From Marsupella aquatica (Eukaryota > Plantae > Marchantiophyta), in contig OZ316893.1 of the NCBI GenBank assembly GCA_973895155.1, positions 26,834,798-26,898,797 of the forward strand: 64,000 bases of DNA, written 5' to 3'. The notes beneath the pieces are model-generated. The model made no database searches. It saw only the letters and a list, made by a program, of their open reading frames with translations, and was not told the origin of the DNA. Of the stretch, positions 23,421 to 36,852 are shown one piece after another. Positions within the stretch are counted from its first letter, which is position 1; every line of letters begins with the position of its first letter. A program made the translations under genes and the position numbers.

Positions 23421-24916
23421 GATGGAACAGAGTGACACAGAGATGTGTGAGTATGAAAGGAAAGCTATGGAACAACGAGCATACGTGAAAGCCAAAATCG
23501 CAGAACTGGATCTGGAAAAGGATGTGGCTGAATTGTAAGGGAACGATTCTCAACTACACCCCTCCGCTGAGTTTGTGTGACATGAATAGTTCAATGTGGC
23601 ACTAAAATTGTGACTGTATTCTCATATTGGAATGTCGCAGAGCCACAACATTTTCAAAGAAACAAAAGGAGTACGCAAGAAGGGTGACCAGCACTATCTC
23701 TGGGCCTGTGCGTCGGAGTGACAGGTTGAGCAAGAAGGTCGTACCTACAATGGCAGAATGTGGAGATGACATTGATGCTGCACAGGTGGGTGCAGACACT
23801 AGACAAGAAGATGCAGATGATGAGTATTTTCCAGAGGAAATGGATGAGGATGGGGTTATGAAGATGAATACATTGCAGAGCAGCCCCAAAAGAAACATGT
23901 AAGTAGTTTTCCCAACAAGGTTTTGAGTTAAAAACTCTTGTTTAGAGGTTTCATATGTTCAGTACTACACATATGTACCTTGCTTAGTTCCTGACATTGT
24001 AGTTGGTGATGTGATGCAGCGTCCTGCCAGTTCTGTTTTGCCTTTGAAGCCTGTGCATGCACCATACCAGCAGGGGGGGCTGACCTCTGATCAAGGTTGT
24101 CCATAGAGAATGTCCATAGAGAATAAGACAGGTGCTACAGAGAAGAAGTATGAGAACCTGGCAAATACTCGCTGTAATTTAGAGGCAACAAAGTTGCAGT
24201 CTGTACAAGCAACTTGTTTGACAGAGGGCAGTCAACCATGTTTGGATGAGGATGACATTGGCAAGGGAGTGGATGATATCAATGTTGGGGCAAATGAGGA
24301 TATCAGCAAGCATGACAATGATACCATTGAGCCAGATTCATGCTATGTAGATCTTGACTCCATTGCAGAGATAAATGATTTGCAGAATGTATCATTCTCA
24401 ATGACAGGTGTGCCTCTTGTTGAGATAAATCCAACCAAAGAGTTAGTTGGTATGACACTCCCAGGTGATGAACCTGCTACTGTGACAGTCCTAACAGAGG
24501 AACCTACTGAGCCTAGCTTCACTACTGTGAAGAGAGGAAGCATGCGCACACGAAGCAAGTCTGCTGGTGGGAGCAGAGCCACGTCAAAGGTTTCATACAA
24601 ACCTCCAAGAACAGTGCTGGCAGAAAGATCTAAGGTGGAAGTGGGGAAAGCACCTAATGCTGAGGGACAAAGTGGCTTGTTAGCTGTTGATGAGAGTGGA
24701 ACACGAGTAGGATTTGCCAGAGTGCAGGTTGGTTCCACAACGTTCCATGGCAAGAGGATTCCCCCAGGTTATTCAGTAGTGTTAGTCACATTACTAGTGA
24801 AACCTAAAGCTGTCCTTCCCATTCCAAACACAAATGATGATCCTCCTCAAAAGACACTTGGAGATGCTGCAGGTTCTTTGGTATTATGGCCAAGCAAGTT
24901 CATAGAGGATCCATAA
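23421..24916 (+). CDS. Spliced CACTA accessory (TNP1/TnpA-like) gene
   Basis: The N-terminal exon has EYERKAMEQR..KIAEL. The C-terminal VG.A.V....FHG..IPPGYSVVLV..L..P.A.LPIP....TLGDAAG..VLWP motif resembles the TNP1/En/Spm C-terminal domain. Probable exons ~23421-23535, 23641-23898 and 24020-24916. Confidence 0.65.
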
Positions 24917-25774
24917 CAATGTCATGCCATTATTTGTTTGTAGTGTGAGTCATGTTATGTAGATTTTAGATGTCAAGAAGCAGTACAAGAATCATGTCCT
25001 CTTGGAGATTCATAGTATCATGCATGTGCTTTCAGTTATCTCATCCTACAGTCATCAATTATGAGTTCCTGTTTTGTCTAAATTACATTGATCACATTGT
25101 AAACTATTCCATTGGAATTCAAATGATCTTCATTTTTTAGCAAGATTGTGATTGTGTTTAATTCTTATGAATGTTTTATGTAGGATCTGCTTATATGATG
25201 CTTTGTTTCATGTGGATGTCATTCATGTTATGTTCATTTCTTGTATTCAATGTGTTATATTTCTAAAGTTAGAACATCAGGTTTCTATGTATTGTAATGT
25301 CGAGTGCTCTCTCTCCTTATGAACTGTCCCTCTGTGTTCATTAGTCATGGTTATAACTTGCATGTGAACCTTATTAGTTATAAACATGAGTATATAGAGT
25401 CCCAAATGGTTCTGTTGTGTAACGTGGGCCAGGGTCTCCATTGGTCTCTCCTGTGACACTAAATAGTCACACGCTAGTCGTTGTTGAATGCGGGTAAGTC
25501 ATGTATGTGACTTACAATGTGACTCGCTGAAGTCATATTGCAGTCACGTCGAAACAAGGCTAGACTCCACAATAAAGTCACAGATCAGTCACAAATGGGT
25601 ATCAAGCAAGTTGCAAAGCCCAGTATCAATAGTGACTTCCATTTTTTGGTCTCAACTTTTGCAACTCCAAGGGTCACAGCGTGGGTCAAGTCACGTTGAG
25701 TCACAATGAAGTCACATGAGCCAAAATGAGTCATATATTGCGGTCTCAGTTCACCTCGGATTCTTCTAGTGTCT

Positions 25775-26460
25775 TTGAAGTATTAAAGCAAAACTATCAG
25801 GGTGTGAGGACTGATAAGTTGAAGGGTCTCCAGGAGTTTGAGCGCAAGACTGGAGAGAGTCTACATGAGGCATACACTCGTATGCGCAGATTGATCACTG
25901 TCACCAAGGGAGTGACAAAGGCTCAGGCAATCCAATTTTGGTATGCAATTCTGGATAGAGAATTGCGATGCAGAGTGAGAGATGTCACTCTACTTAGGGA
26001 TGCAGATCCCACATTGGCAGTTGTTTTTACACTTTCTGAGCGAATTGAGCTCAATATGGTGAATGAGAAGGTGGTGACTTTTAGATTTGCCAAGAAAGCA
26101 CCAAAGGCTGCATCTATATCTACACCACAGCCTACTGCACGGAAGAGCCAAAGGGAGAAGCCTATTGCACAAGAGTCTACCAGTCAGAGACCTGTGCCTT
26201 CCTATGCTGGACAACAGTCAGAATGTTGGACCTGTGGTGGGGATCATGCGCAGCGGTATTGCCCTGATCATAGAGAGTCAGGAGGGGCCTCAACACCTGA
26301 TCAACGGCAGTGTGATCATTGTGGAGCTCCTAGACAACACCAAGGATAGGTGTTTTTCACTCCATCCTAAGTTACGGAGAGGAGAACAACGCACACATGA
26401 TCAGGGAAGAGGAGGTAGAGGTGGTGGTCGTGGCCGAGGTATGCCACATGTAGCGAGGTA
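25775..26460 (+). pseudogene. gag: gag 3' part with two zinc knuckles and RGG tract
   Basis: LQEFERKTGESLHEAYTRM (gag MHR-like), CWTCGGDHAQRYC, CDHCG..H.. (frameshift) DRC, and GRGGRGGGRGRG. Confidence 0.85.
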
Positions 26461-27974
26461 GGGAGGTGATATTGCTCCTGCTATGACCACAAATCCTAAG
26501 GATACTAAGATTGCTCAATTGGAGCAATAACTAGCTACTATGGCTAGTTCTCAGGTGAGACCTGCTTCTGGTGATGGGGCTTCTACATCCTATGGGGCTT
26601 CCACATCTTATGGGGCTGATGGAGATCTTGCCACTATGGGATTCATGTGTGGCATTGCACACATTGATGCATCAACAACTTTGACGCGTGGGGCAGCAAA
26701 AGCTCTTGAGCCTTGAGGAGCAGTAGTGGAGCTAGATCCATAGAGGGGGGATGCACATTGGCAGACAAAGCTTCCTCATTCTTTTACATTGGCAGAGACA
26801 GTTCAGACTGCCTCTATGAACCCGGTTCAGACAAACCCTAGTGTGGGTCAGTTGGCAGAATCAGGTAGTGATGCAGCGGGGATGACAGGTACCTTGCTGG
26901 GGGCGGCTACTACCATAGTGCGCACCCCATTATTTTCAGCGACAGACATGCTGAACTTGGGAGTTGGTCCAGCTAATGTGTTTAGATTGGCAATCACATT
27001 ATGCGAGGATACTCCAGTTTTGGCTTCTCGTGCAGAGGCAGCATGCAGTTCTAGAGCAGAAAAGTTGACACCGCCTACTACAACTAGTGAGACATGGCAT
27101 GCAGCAATGGCAAAGTTGATGGATTTGCCAGCACGCCCTGCATTTGAGAGGACTAGGTTTAAACCTAGCGTTGTGTCATTGGATAATCGGAGTGGTATCT
27201 TCCGATTAGTTGGGCCTACTGGAGCCATATACCAGCTAGAGAGAGTGTTACTGGATACTGGTGCTCAGCCCTTGATGTTGGGTAAGTCTGCGGTACGAGG
27301 ATTGGCATTGCGTCCAGACGATCTGGAGGAGTGTCCCTTTCCTATTTAGACTTCATTGGGGGGACTTACACCCACACAACACATCACCAGATGACCATTT
27401 GAATTGAGGATTCAGGAGGGTCATGCCAAGGATAGCTCCCACATACAGGCGCAAGCTATTTTGACTAAGGCAGAGTCCTATGATGTGTTGGTGGGATGTA
27501 CAGTGTTGTACCCCATGGGATTTATTCTTGATTTTTGGGATGAATCAGTGTCATATAAACCTGATTGGCAATCAGGAGATGCCAGATTGAGCAGATTGCC
27601 AGTACAATTTAGTGGACCTGTGGGAGGCCCTAAACCTACACTATTGTCTTTGGCAGCCTTCAGTGGTGTGATCACTGATCCTGATGATTTGATGGAGGGT
27701 AATGCACATGCAATAGATGTTCCATCAGTGGAGGAGTCACATGAGGAGTAGATGGTGCGAAGGAGCAATGTGGATTGGGATGATCCCAATCCAACTAGTG
27801 TTGTGCCACCAGTATGGGGTACTGCACTGGCCTTGCCATAGAGGGCAGCACAATTGGTACATGATGCATGGCGTCATGCTTTTACACCACAATCAGGAGC
27901 AGAGCAGTCTCCTACAAGTGGGCCAGTGACTCTTTCACCATTGGATACCACTCCTATTGCATGGCAGTATCCAC

Positions 27975-28925
27975 TAGAGGGTATTTGTTTGTTGGATCTA
28001 TTTGGTGGGATTAGCATTGGATTGGCTGCTATTCTTCAGGCAGGAATTCCTATGCGTCGCTACTTGTATGTGGAGACAGATGAGACAACACGAAGAGTCT
28101 CATTGCGCCATGTGGCTATGTTGGTGGACCATTATCCACAGTTGTTGCCAGTGGATGTTGTTCGTGGCTATCAGCATGCACTGCCTGCTGATATTTCACT
28201 GTTGGGGGCGGATCATTTGGATCGTGTTGGCCCTATTGATTTGGTGATTGTTGGTTGGCCATGTCAAGGCCAATCTAGAGCTAGAGTTGGACATGGACTT
28301 CATGATCCACGCTTTGCATTGTTTTGGGAGATGTTACAGGTATTGCGTCATCTCCAGTTCCATCAAACACATTCCCCTGCCTACATTTTGGAGAATGTGC
28401 CACTATTGGATGATGAGCGTCATCGACTTGTTGCTAATGTTCATCAGGTCAGATCTTGGATTGGACCTGCTGTGTTATTGGATGCTGCACGTGTGGGTTC
28501 TCATGCACATCGTCCACGCTTGTGGTGGACTAATTTGTTACCTTGTGAAGTGTTGAAGCGAGCATTTGATAGCATTCCTTGCTCAACATCCTTGGTGGTG
28601 GATGATATTTTGGATCCAGGGCGTTGTGCACAACATGTGATCCAGTCTGACAGACCTCCATTGGCAGTGGTCAATATAGTTGGTCGCCCGCGTTGTGCAT
28701 TACCCACTTTTGTGAGCCATTCTGCTTCACATGCATTTAGAGTAGGTGGGCCTGGACTTGTGTGGGATACAGCTCTACAGCAGTTAGTGGAGCCTATTGC
28801 TGATGAAAGAGAGTGTGCTATGGGATTTTTGATAGGCACTACTGCAATTGCGTTGGTGTCAAAGAGTTCTCGCCGCCAGGTCCTTGGTCAAGCCATGGAT
28901 TTGAATTGCTTGACTTGGATTATCA
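27975..28925 (+). CDS. C5 cytosine DNA methyltransferase domain within pol
   Basis: Motif I LDLFGGI, II YVE.D, IV GWPCQG, VI ENV, VIII RPRLWWTN, IX ERE.AMGF..GTT, X RRQVLGQAMD. Same reading frame as protease and RT. Confidence 0.92.
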
Positions 28926-31900
28926 GCTTGGGAGTAGCTGAACAGTTGCGGATGTGCTCTGCTGGTGTTACTGATCGTCCATCAGTGAGCTTGCGGTTCA
29001 CTGAGACAGTGATGACCACAGTTGGGGGCGAGCAGACAGTCCATGGACCTATGGCAGGATTGGCCAAGGCTGGACAGATTGTTGAGCAGGAAGGGACTGC
29101 TCAATCTACTACTAAATAGCAATCATCGGCTATCTCTTCTACCCTACAAAAAGATATTAGGGATCTGGTGGAGAGTTGGGAGCCATAGATTGGTCCTAAG
29201 TTAACAGGGGAGGAAAGACGTCGCATGCATCAATTCCTGAAGAGTTACTGGAATTGTTTTGCATTCAACATGAAGGATTTGGGGACATTGAAGGGCCTTG
29301 GTATTCAGATTGAATTGGCTAGTGATGCGTCAATCTTTTGTAGACCATATCGTTATAGTGACATGGAGAGAGCTCTAATTCAGAGCAAAACTCAGGATTT
29401 GTTGGAGGCTAGTTTGGTGGAGATCTCATACGGGGAGTATGCATCTGCCATAGTGATGCCAGCCAAGAAGGATGTGCATGGTGATTACACAGATAGGCGA
29501 ATGTGTGATGATTACCGACCTATTAATCGTCAGACAAAATCTGATTGATATGCCATGCCCACACCTGAGGAGATCTTTGATGCAGTGGGGCATGCAAAGG
29601 TTTTTAGTTCATTGGATCCGAGGGCAGGGTACCATCAGCTTCCAATTAGACATTCTGACAGGTCCAAGACAACATTCTGGGGAATTGATTCTTATGGCAA
29701 GGATCGTTTGTATCAGTGGTTGTTCTTACCATTTGGGTTGAAGAATGCACCAGCTGAGTTTCAGAGAGTCATGGATCGAATCCTTGCAGGTTTGGATTTT
29801 GTCAGATGTTATATTGATGATATTTTGGTTTATTCTTCTACTGTGGAAGAACATCAACGACACTTGCAGATTGTGTTTGAGAGATTGAGGGAACATGGAT
29901 TGAAGCTCCATCCCGGCAAGTGTAAGTTCTTCCAAGAATAGATTGAGTATTTGGGCCACACTATATACCCAGGGGGATTGGGTGTACAACAGACTAAAGT
30001 GGAGGCCATTACACAGATTCCTCGTCCTACTGATGTGAGTAGAGTTCGTGCATTCTTGGGATTGGCGAGCTACTATAGGAGGTATGTTAAAGGATTTAGC
30101 CAGCTTGCTAAACCTTTAACCATACTTACTAAATTGGATCAGGAATGGATTTGGGGTGATCATCAGGAGCATGCCTTTCAGGAGTTGAAAGAAAGATTGG
30201 CATCATCCCCTATTTTGAGAAGACCCATTTCAGGGAGACCATTTTAGCTACACACTGATTTGAGTGGAGTAGGACTTGGCGTAGTGCTGACTCAGAAAGA
30301 TGATGTAGGACATGAGTTTGTTGCACGGCATATGCCAATAGATCAAACAATTCAGTAGAGGCTAAGTATAGCTCTTATGAGGGAGAGTGTTTGGCAGCAG
30401 TGTGGGCTGTGGCACACTTCCGCTGTTACTTGTTTGGTAATCCTTTCACTTTGATCACTGATCATCAGCCTCTCAAGTGGTTAATGGAGTCTGACAAGCT
30501 TACTGGGAAGCTTGCAAGATGGGTGTTGTTGTTGTAGGAATATGATTTCCAGGTTGTACATAGACCTGGAAAAATGAACTTGGATGCGGATGGATTGAGC
30601 CGCAACCCATGTACCAGTCAGCAGGATGAGACCGGAGCCAGATGGCATGATGAGTCAGATAAGGAGATGGTGCCAGGATGGCATGCATCTGCCTTCCTTT
30701 GTTGGGTTCGAGCATGCAGTGGATCTGTGGATTCTACTTCATTGGATGAAATAGATGATGAGTCTTCAGATGTGTATGTAACTTCTGGACAGCAAGATAT
30801 TCACAATGATGTGAGAGTGTTGGAATATTTGCGCAGTGGTTCTATTGTTGGTAGTGTTGATGCCAAGGAACGTGATAGGGTTCTACAGAGAGCCAAGAGG
30901 TTTCGATGGGAAGGAAACCATCTTTTGAGAGTACTACATGATGAAAAGGTATTGGTGGTACCAAAACCATCACAACGAGTACATTTGGTGCGACATGCGC
31001 ACGAGGAGTTGGGTCACTTTGGTGTGAAGCGCACTTACAATTTGTTGCAGACACAGTATTGGTGGCGTGGTATGCACACTCATGTCCAGCAACTGATAGT
31101 TAAGTGTGGTATGTGATTGAGTGAGGGCATCATTTAATGTTCCCACTCCCCAGTTGCATCAATTGCCAATCATGGGTTTGGGGTACAGATTGAGTTTGGA
31201 CTTTGCTGGTCCATTGCCTCTCACCCAACGACATAACCGTTATGTTTTGGTTATGGTGGAGCACTTCTCCAAGTGGATTGAACTAGTGGCATTGCCAGAT
31301 AAAGCTAGTGGAGGAGTGGCTACCACATTTATGGATCGAGTACTCAGTCACTTTGGAGCACCAGCTGAGGTGTTGACTGATCAGGGCACGGAATTCCGTG
31401 GAGATTTGAGGGTTTGTGTGAGCAAGCTCTGATTGACCATTGTACTACTTCTCGCAATCATCCTGAGGCAGATGGATTGGCAGAGAGAGTTGTACAAACT
31501 GTGAAGAGAGGATTGCGCAAGTATGGCTTGCAGGTTGGTCATTTGGGAGACTGGGATCTCCAACTACCTTGGTTAGCTATGGGCTACCGTTTCAGTCGAT
31601 AAGCATCACTTGCATCCTTCTCACCCTATTTCTTGCTATATGGTAGAGAGCCGGATTTGCCAGCGGCTATTCGTGTGATGTTGCAACTATTGTGGATTTG
31701 GATGATCCAGATATTTGGGTAAAGGTTTGTTCAGAGAGGGCACGCGTTTTTGAGAAAGTCATGCCCATGGCCTTTGACAACCTTGCTATTGCCCAGCATC
31801 GTGATACTTTGCAGTATGCTACTATTCATGGAGGAGGTTATCGCACGAGGATTAGGAGATTCTCATCCTGGTGATTATGTTTATTTGCAGCAGACAACAC

Positions 31901-32092
31901 CAACAACGCTTGATGTGACCGCAGGGCGGACAATCTTGCGTGTGCGTGAAGTGTTGCCTTCTGGAGTCCTTATGTTGGAAGGGCGTGATGGTATGGTTTG
32001 GAAGGATCATGTGCGTAATTGTGCACCATGTCACCTTCCAAACATTGATGGCACTGTGGATCCAAGCTTGGCACATGTACGTGCTAGCTTGA

Positions 32093-32232
32093 AGTGTATG
32101 TTGTGTGGGTCTGCTCAGGAAGCAGCTACTATGTTGATTTGTGATAGGTGTTCTAGAGGATGGCACATATCGTGTTTGGCACCACCCTTGCACATGATTC
32201 CTAGCGGATCATGGTTTTGTCCTCAATGTTGG
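32093..32232 (+). CDS. PHD finger at the integrase C-terminus
   Basis: CMLC..MLICDRC..GWHISCL.PPL..IP.GSWFCPQC (C4HC3). Confidence 0.92.
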
Positions 32233-32399
32233 TGATGCCGACTAGTTATCATTTGTGTTCTTATGGAAGATATAGATTGCAGGTAGGTGATCGATGGGGC
32301 TCACTTGCACTCGGCCTCCTGATCTTCGCACCTAAAAAGGTGTATATTAACCTTGTAGGACTCATGGCTAGCTAGAGTTAGGGGACCTCACTCCCAGCT

Positions 32400-32409
32400 A
32401 GGGGGGCGA
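32400..32409 (+). other. Polypurine tract
   Basis: AGGGGGGCGA lies immediately before repeat B1. Confidence 0.65.
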
Positions 32410-33384
32410 TTTTGGGTTTTGGGCATGTGTGGACATTGGTTCCATTTGTACTCCATTCTCTTATGTTTGTGTTAGTGGATTGTGAATATGTTTGGATATG
32501 TGTGACAAGCGATGTATGTTGCACTAGTACATTTTAGGGCCATTATCCGATAGCTATTCCGTCGGATCCCTTCGGAAACTTCATTTCGGAAAAATCAACT
32601 ATCCGATGTAACCCGCTTCGCAATATCCCATCCAATCCTCATCGGAAATCAACCATCGGACTTACTTCGGACTTTCCGTTGATGATGCCGACGGACTTTC
32701 CGATTCCAACCCATTCGCAAACCTGCACATCCGATCCAATACGTATCGGACACCAACAAACAGACCTTCTCTCAAAACAACCATTGTCCGATAGTAATGG
32801 TATGGGATAGTTCCATAGTTTTTGCTACGTACATTGCGATGCGTGTAGTATCGGAGTTTACGATACGTTTAGTATCGGAGTTTGCCTTTGGAGAATTATC
32901 GGATATTGCGTTAGATTTGGTATCGGATAGTGCGATGTAATGAGGTTTGGAAAATCCAATGACGTTGCCATCGGACACATTGTTTTGATGTTTTGGTTTT
33001 GTTGGAGGGGTCCGATGCGGAAAGGATCGGATGCTGTGAAGGGGATTGAAACGAAAGGACCGATGAAGGTGCAAACGGACATCATAACGGATGGCTTAAT
33101 TTGTTACAATAGCTACGGTTTCATGGGTGGTTATTTTGGGTTTGAGAACATCAACCAATATATTAGGGTCCAAAGGAGGCTCAAAACATGTGGTCAAAAT
33201 CTCATATTAAAAAAGGGGATGACCCCGATATGTACAAAATGGAATGGGCCTACCTAGTAGACCCATCTCAGCGACTGTTTGCTCCATGGGAACACCTAAA
33301 TGGAGCACTGAGTAGAGACTACACTCCATGGCACCTGCTAAGATCTAATCAAAGCTACCAGACCTACCTACACGGCACTAACCT

Positions 33385-35900
33385 CTAAAAAGATGTGTTC
33401 CGTCCCTTCTTCTTCTTGTGGCGAGAGCGAAGCTGGGGAACAGGTGCGGGATCCACAACCGGTGGAGCCACCTGTTGACCAGATGGTGGGTATAATCTTG
33501 TCCTACCCCCTGACCCACTAGATGCACCGCTAGGCACGGTAGAAGTCCCACCAACCCCTGACACAACAGAGTGAAAGGAGGCCTCGCCCCCCGGCAGACC
33601 TACTAGAGTGATGAGAGGCTGCGGCTGCGGATGATGCATGTGGCCCATGTCGTGCTGTACTGCCACCTGACTCACGAGATGGCGCTAGACCCCTAGAGCC
33701 ACCATCGTCCAAGTCACCACTGCCTCGACAAGGGGGGCTAGGTGCAGCAGATACTTCTCAACGAGGGGGGTTAGGTGCAGAGCATACTCCTGAGCGATGG
33801 TGTGGGCCTGCACCACCTCTACTACCCCCTGAAGGCCCCGGCCTCGTAGCCCGCGATGCTCCCCGTGACTGATGAGAGCTCACACCATCAACAGCATGTG
33901 ACCCACCTCCCCTCCCTCCCAATATGAGGGTAACATGAGGTATCTGGGCAGTAGGGGCAACTCTAGGAACAGTCTGGGCAACTATAGGAACAGTCTGGGA
34001 AACTCTAGGAATAGTCGCGGTAGCTCTAGGCTCCCTCTGCAACCCTGCCTCAGATGTTGAGTCCTCATCATCTGACTCCCCAGACCCCTCCTCCTCCTCC
34101 TGCACATTACAATTAATTAAAGTAAGGAACTTGGTCAAAACTCTACAAATGTAGCAGTGCTCTAGCTAAGCAAAATATTGTCCCAACTTAGGTAGGGGGA
34201 GGGAACAATTACCTCTCCCAGCTCATCCTCAATCTATCACTTTAGAGCACGGGGTCCATCCCTTGCTGCTAGTTCCCTCTCTTTTGGATCAATGGGACGA
34301 CCATACTCCCTCTCCTAACATTTCAAAATAAAAAGACCACTTCAGCACAATAAATTTAGTTTCAACCATAAAATCCACTCCCTATACCAAACTTCTCCCT
34401 CTCAAAACTCTATGCCTTCTATAACTTCTATAACTTACTTAACCCCTAGCAAATACTCTAAACCCTAAAAAAATCACCAGTGAACTCAAGAAGGGGTCCA
34501 TTCCGGAATTTCATGCAAGTCAAGCATCCCTATCCTATGCAATCAAAAAAACCCTAAACCCTACCCGTTTTAAACAAACTAAACCCAAATTCACTCAAAA
34601 TATACTCGTTCCGATGCAGCATCCGATATGGATTCTATTGGACTGCTATTGGACCCCTCATCCGCTAAATTTTAATGTTACTATGTCCGATGCGGGTTAC
34701 GACGAACAAACATCGGACTTAACAGTCCTGAGAGCAAAACAAGGGGGATCGGATCGTGATAAAGCAAAACGGGACAACCAAAATGTTCACTCTTCGCAAG
34801 AGAAGTCAGGTGGTCAGGGAGAGGAGCAAGGGAGGAGGGAGCTAGGAGGGAGGAGGGAGGAGCCACTTACAAACTCGGCCTTCAATCGATTGGAGCCGCC
34901 TTGCCCCATCCGGTGAGTCACAATGGGCCTCTCTTCTACTCGCTTCAATGCTGCTATGATGTTTGCAGGAGGTTTTTGAAGTCTTGCTGCTTGAGCTGCC
35001 CACTGTCGAAGGTTCAGTTGGAGGGGTGCCATGTCAATATCCTCCCCGGCAGCTCACTTTTCTTCTGCAATCCTGATTTCGTTGTCCCAATGTCGTCTCT
35101 TTAGCCAGGCTCGAACAGAGAGCTCCTCCTCAAGCCAAGCTGTCCATGCATCCTGGGGAATCACATCTGGACACTGGTGCTCCCTGACCACCTCTGCATC
35201 TATTGGCAAATCAGTAAGGTAATCCCTCATCTTCTCCCGCACATGATTCCTTGCATCTGAAACAGAGGCTGAAATTTGACTGTTTAGAAATTTGTCTTCA
35301 AGGTGGGCTCCGTTCTTGAATCTTTCTTTGATCTGCTCCTGAACCCTGGTCCTCTCCTCCTCTGTTTTCTTACCCCAGTAGTCTAGTGGCCCAAAATTTG
35401 CCCTCACAACCTGCAAGAATTGGCTGCAGAACAAATTGTAGCTCCTAGGTATTGGAGCCCCACCTGAATTGATAGCCGGCTCAGGTTGCAGAGCCCTCTC
35501 AGCCTCCCTTCGCCTTTGATCCTCAACTAGCAGCCTCTCTGCCTCCCTAGCTTATCTTCAAAGCTTTTTCTCCCTTTTCCGAGGAGAGAGAGCCTCCTCA
35601 CCATTTGGCCTAGCCCTCTCCGCCTCCTTTCTCTTCTTCCTCGCCTCTTTCTCTGTTGCGAGGCCTGCTGCAGCAGCCTTCTCTGCCTCACCTTTTGAGG
35701 CATCAAGCAAAACCTGAAGCATCGAGACTACTCTTGCTGCATCCTCCACTGAAAGCCCTGCCTTGGCCACAAACAACTCCCTCATTATCTCCTCATATGG
35801 CCGGGATGGCCCAGCCCCGTCTCCCCCATCACCCAATCCTCCTTCCCCCACCATCTCTCCTCCTTCCCGAGCTCCTCCCCTCTCGGCCTTAGAAAATTTT
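33385..35900 (-). pseudogene. Divergently oriented, spliced TnpA/Ptta-like accessory gene of CACTA-2
   Basis: W.......R....I..RF, CPDVIPQDAW..W and HRMGQGG (Transposase_24-like), with donor TTT|GTAAGT near 34870. Acidic and low-complexity 3' exons; stops and frameshifts present. Confidence 0.6.
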
Positions 35901-36852
35901 CTGAAATGACTGATGTGCGAAGGAAGCCCCGTAGTGTGCGCCTTCGCAAGCGCATCGGGATTTACGGATTTCAAATTTTGAATCAAGTCCGATTGTTTCT
36001 GCTTCGAAACATCCGTAGCGTATAATATTGAATGTCAAATCGGACCTTCCGATGCGTGTTGCATCGGACCCCTCCTCCGGCTCGTTATTCCTCGCTTTTA
36101 TGAAGTGTGATACGTTGGAAACGGTATCGGACCCCTCGTATAATATTATCGGATAGGGGGTTAAGTAGGGCTTATGTAGGGGTCATGTAGGTGTATGTGG
36201 GAAGGACCGGTTGTATTAACATTTAATCATCATGTATGTTTGAATCAGGTTTTATAGGGCCCTACATGTGGACACATACCGCAGGGGGTTGGCAACGGTG
36301 TCGTGGATGTGATATATTGACCTTCTTGCAATTTTGGGGTTTGTACCTGAATCCAGATTTTTTTGTGATATACTTTGGTTATCCATGTTCAATTTGCTAA
36401 TATTCGTCTTTGGGTTTGATGTGTAGTACCTTGGTTTTGAAGGGGTGGTTAGGCTTTTGTAGGGTGTTAGCTAGGTAGGTTATTTTGCAATGCACAGTGT
36501 GAGACCGCGCATCCAAAAGGTATGATGCCCCATCCATTTATTCCTTGATCCTTTAGGCTATTTCAGGTTTGGCATGCAAGTTTTTATCATATGTGCTTGA
36601 GCTTGTTTTCGGAAATTGTAGATCATGCATGCTCATTATGAAAATGTCCACCTTGCAAAGATTTTGGATATCCCCACACTTTGTGTATAGAGATACGGCC
36701 TAGTAGGCACGGCAGAGCGCGGGTATCATTGAGGTATAGCAAGTGTTGTATATATGTCTCTCATTCAATTGTTTTTCTAGACATAAATATTTGTCTTGCT
36801 GGTTTTTTTCTTTCATCCAACATATTGTCATGGTTGTATGATATATATGCAG

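Larger units (their letters stand above)
11845..25771 (+). mobile_element. CACTA (En/Spm) transposon 1, 13.9 kb, carrying cargo ORFs
   Basis: TIRs CACTAGAAGAA(A)CCG / CGG(A)TTCTTCTAGTG and 3-bp TSD TCT (11842-11844 / 25772-25774). GTGACT/AGTCAC subterminal repeats at both ends and an internal transposase. Confidence 0.95.
26461..32235 (+). pseudogene. pol: pol polyprotein: protease, DNMT, RT, RNase H, DDE integrase, PHD; multiple stops and frameshifts
   Basis: LLDTGA (~27250), PFGLKNAPAEFQR and YIDD (~29810), LHTD.S..GLG, H..LGHFG..YWW..C..C, LDFAGPLP, TDQGTEF and DGLAER. Confidence 0.93.

Noticed and set aside
34455-34565. Telomere-like AAACCCTA motifs
   Set aside because: Only two or three scattered copies inside a TE intron, not a telomeric array.
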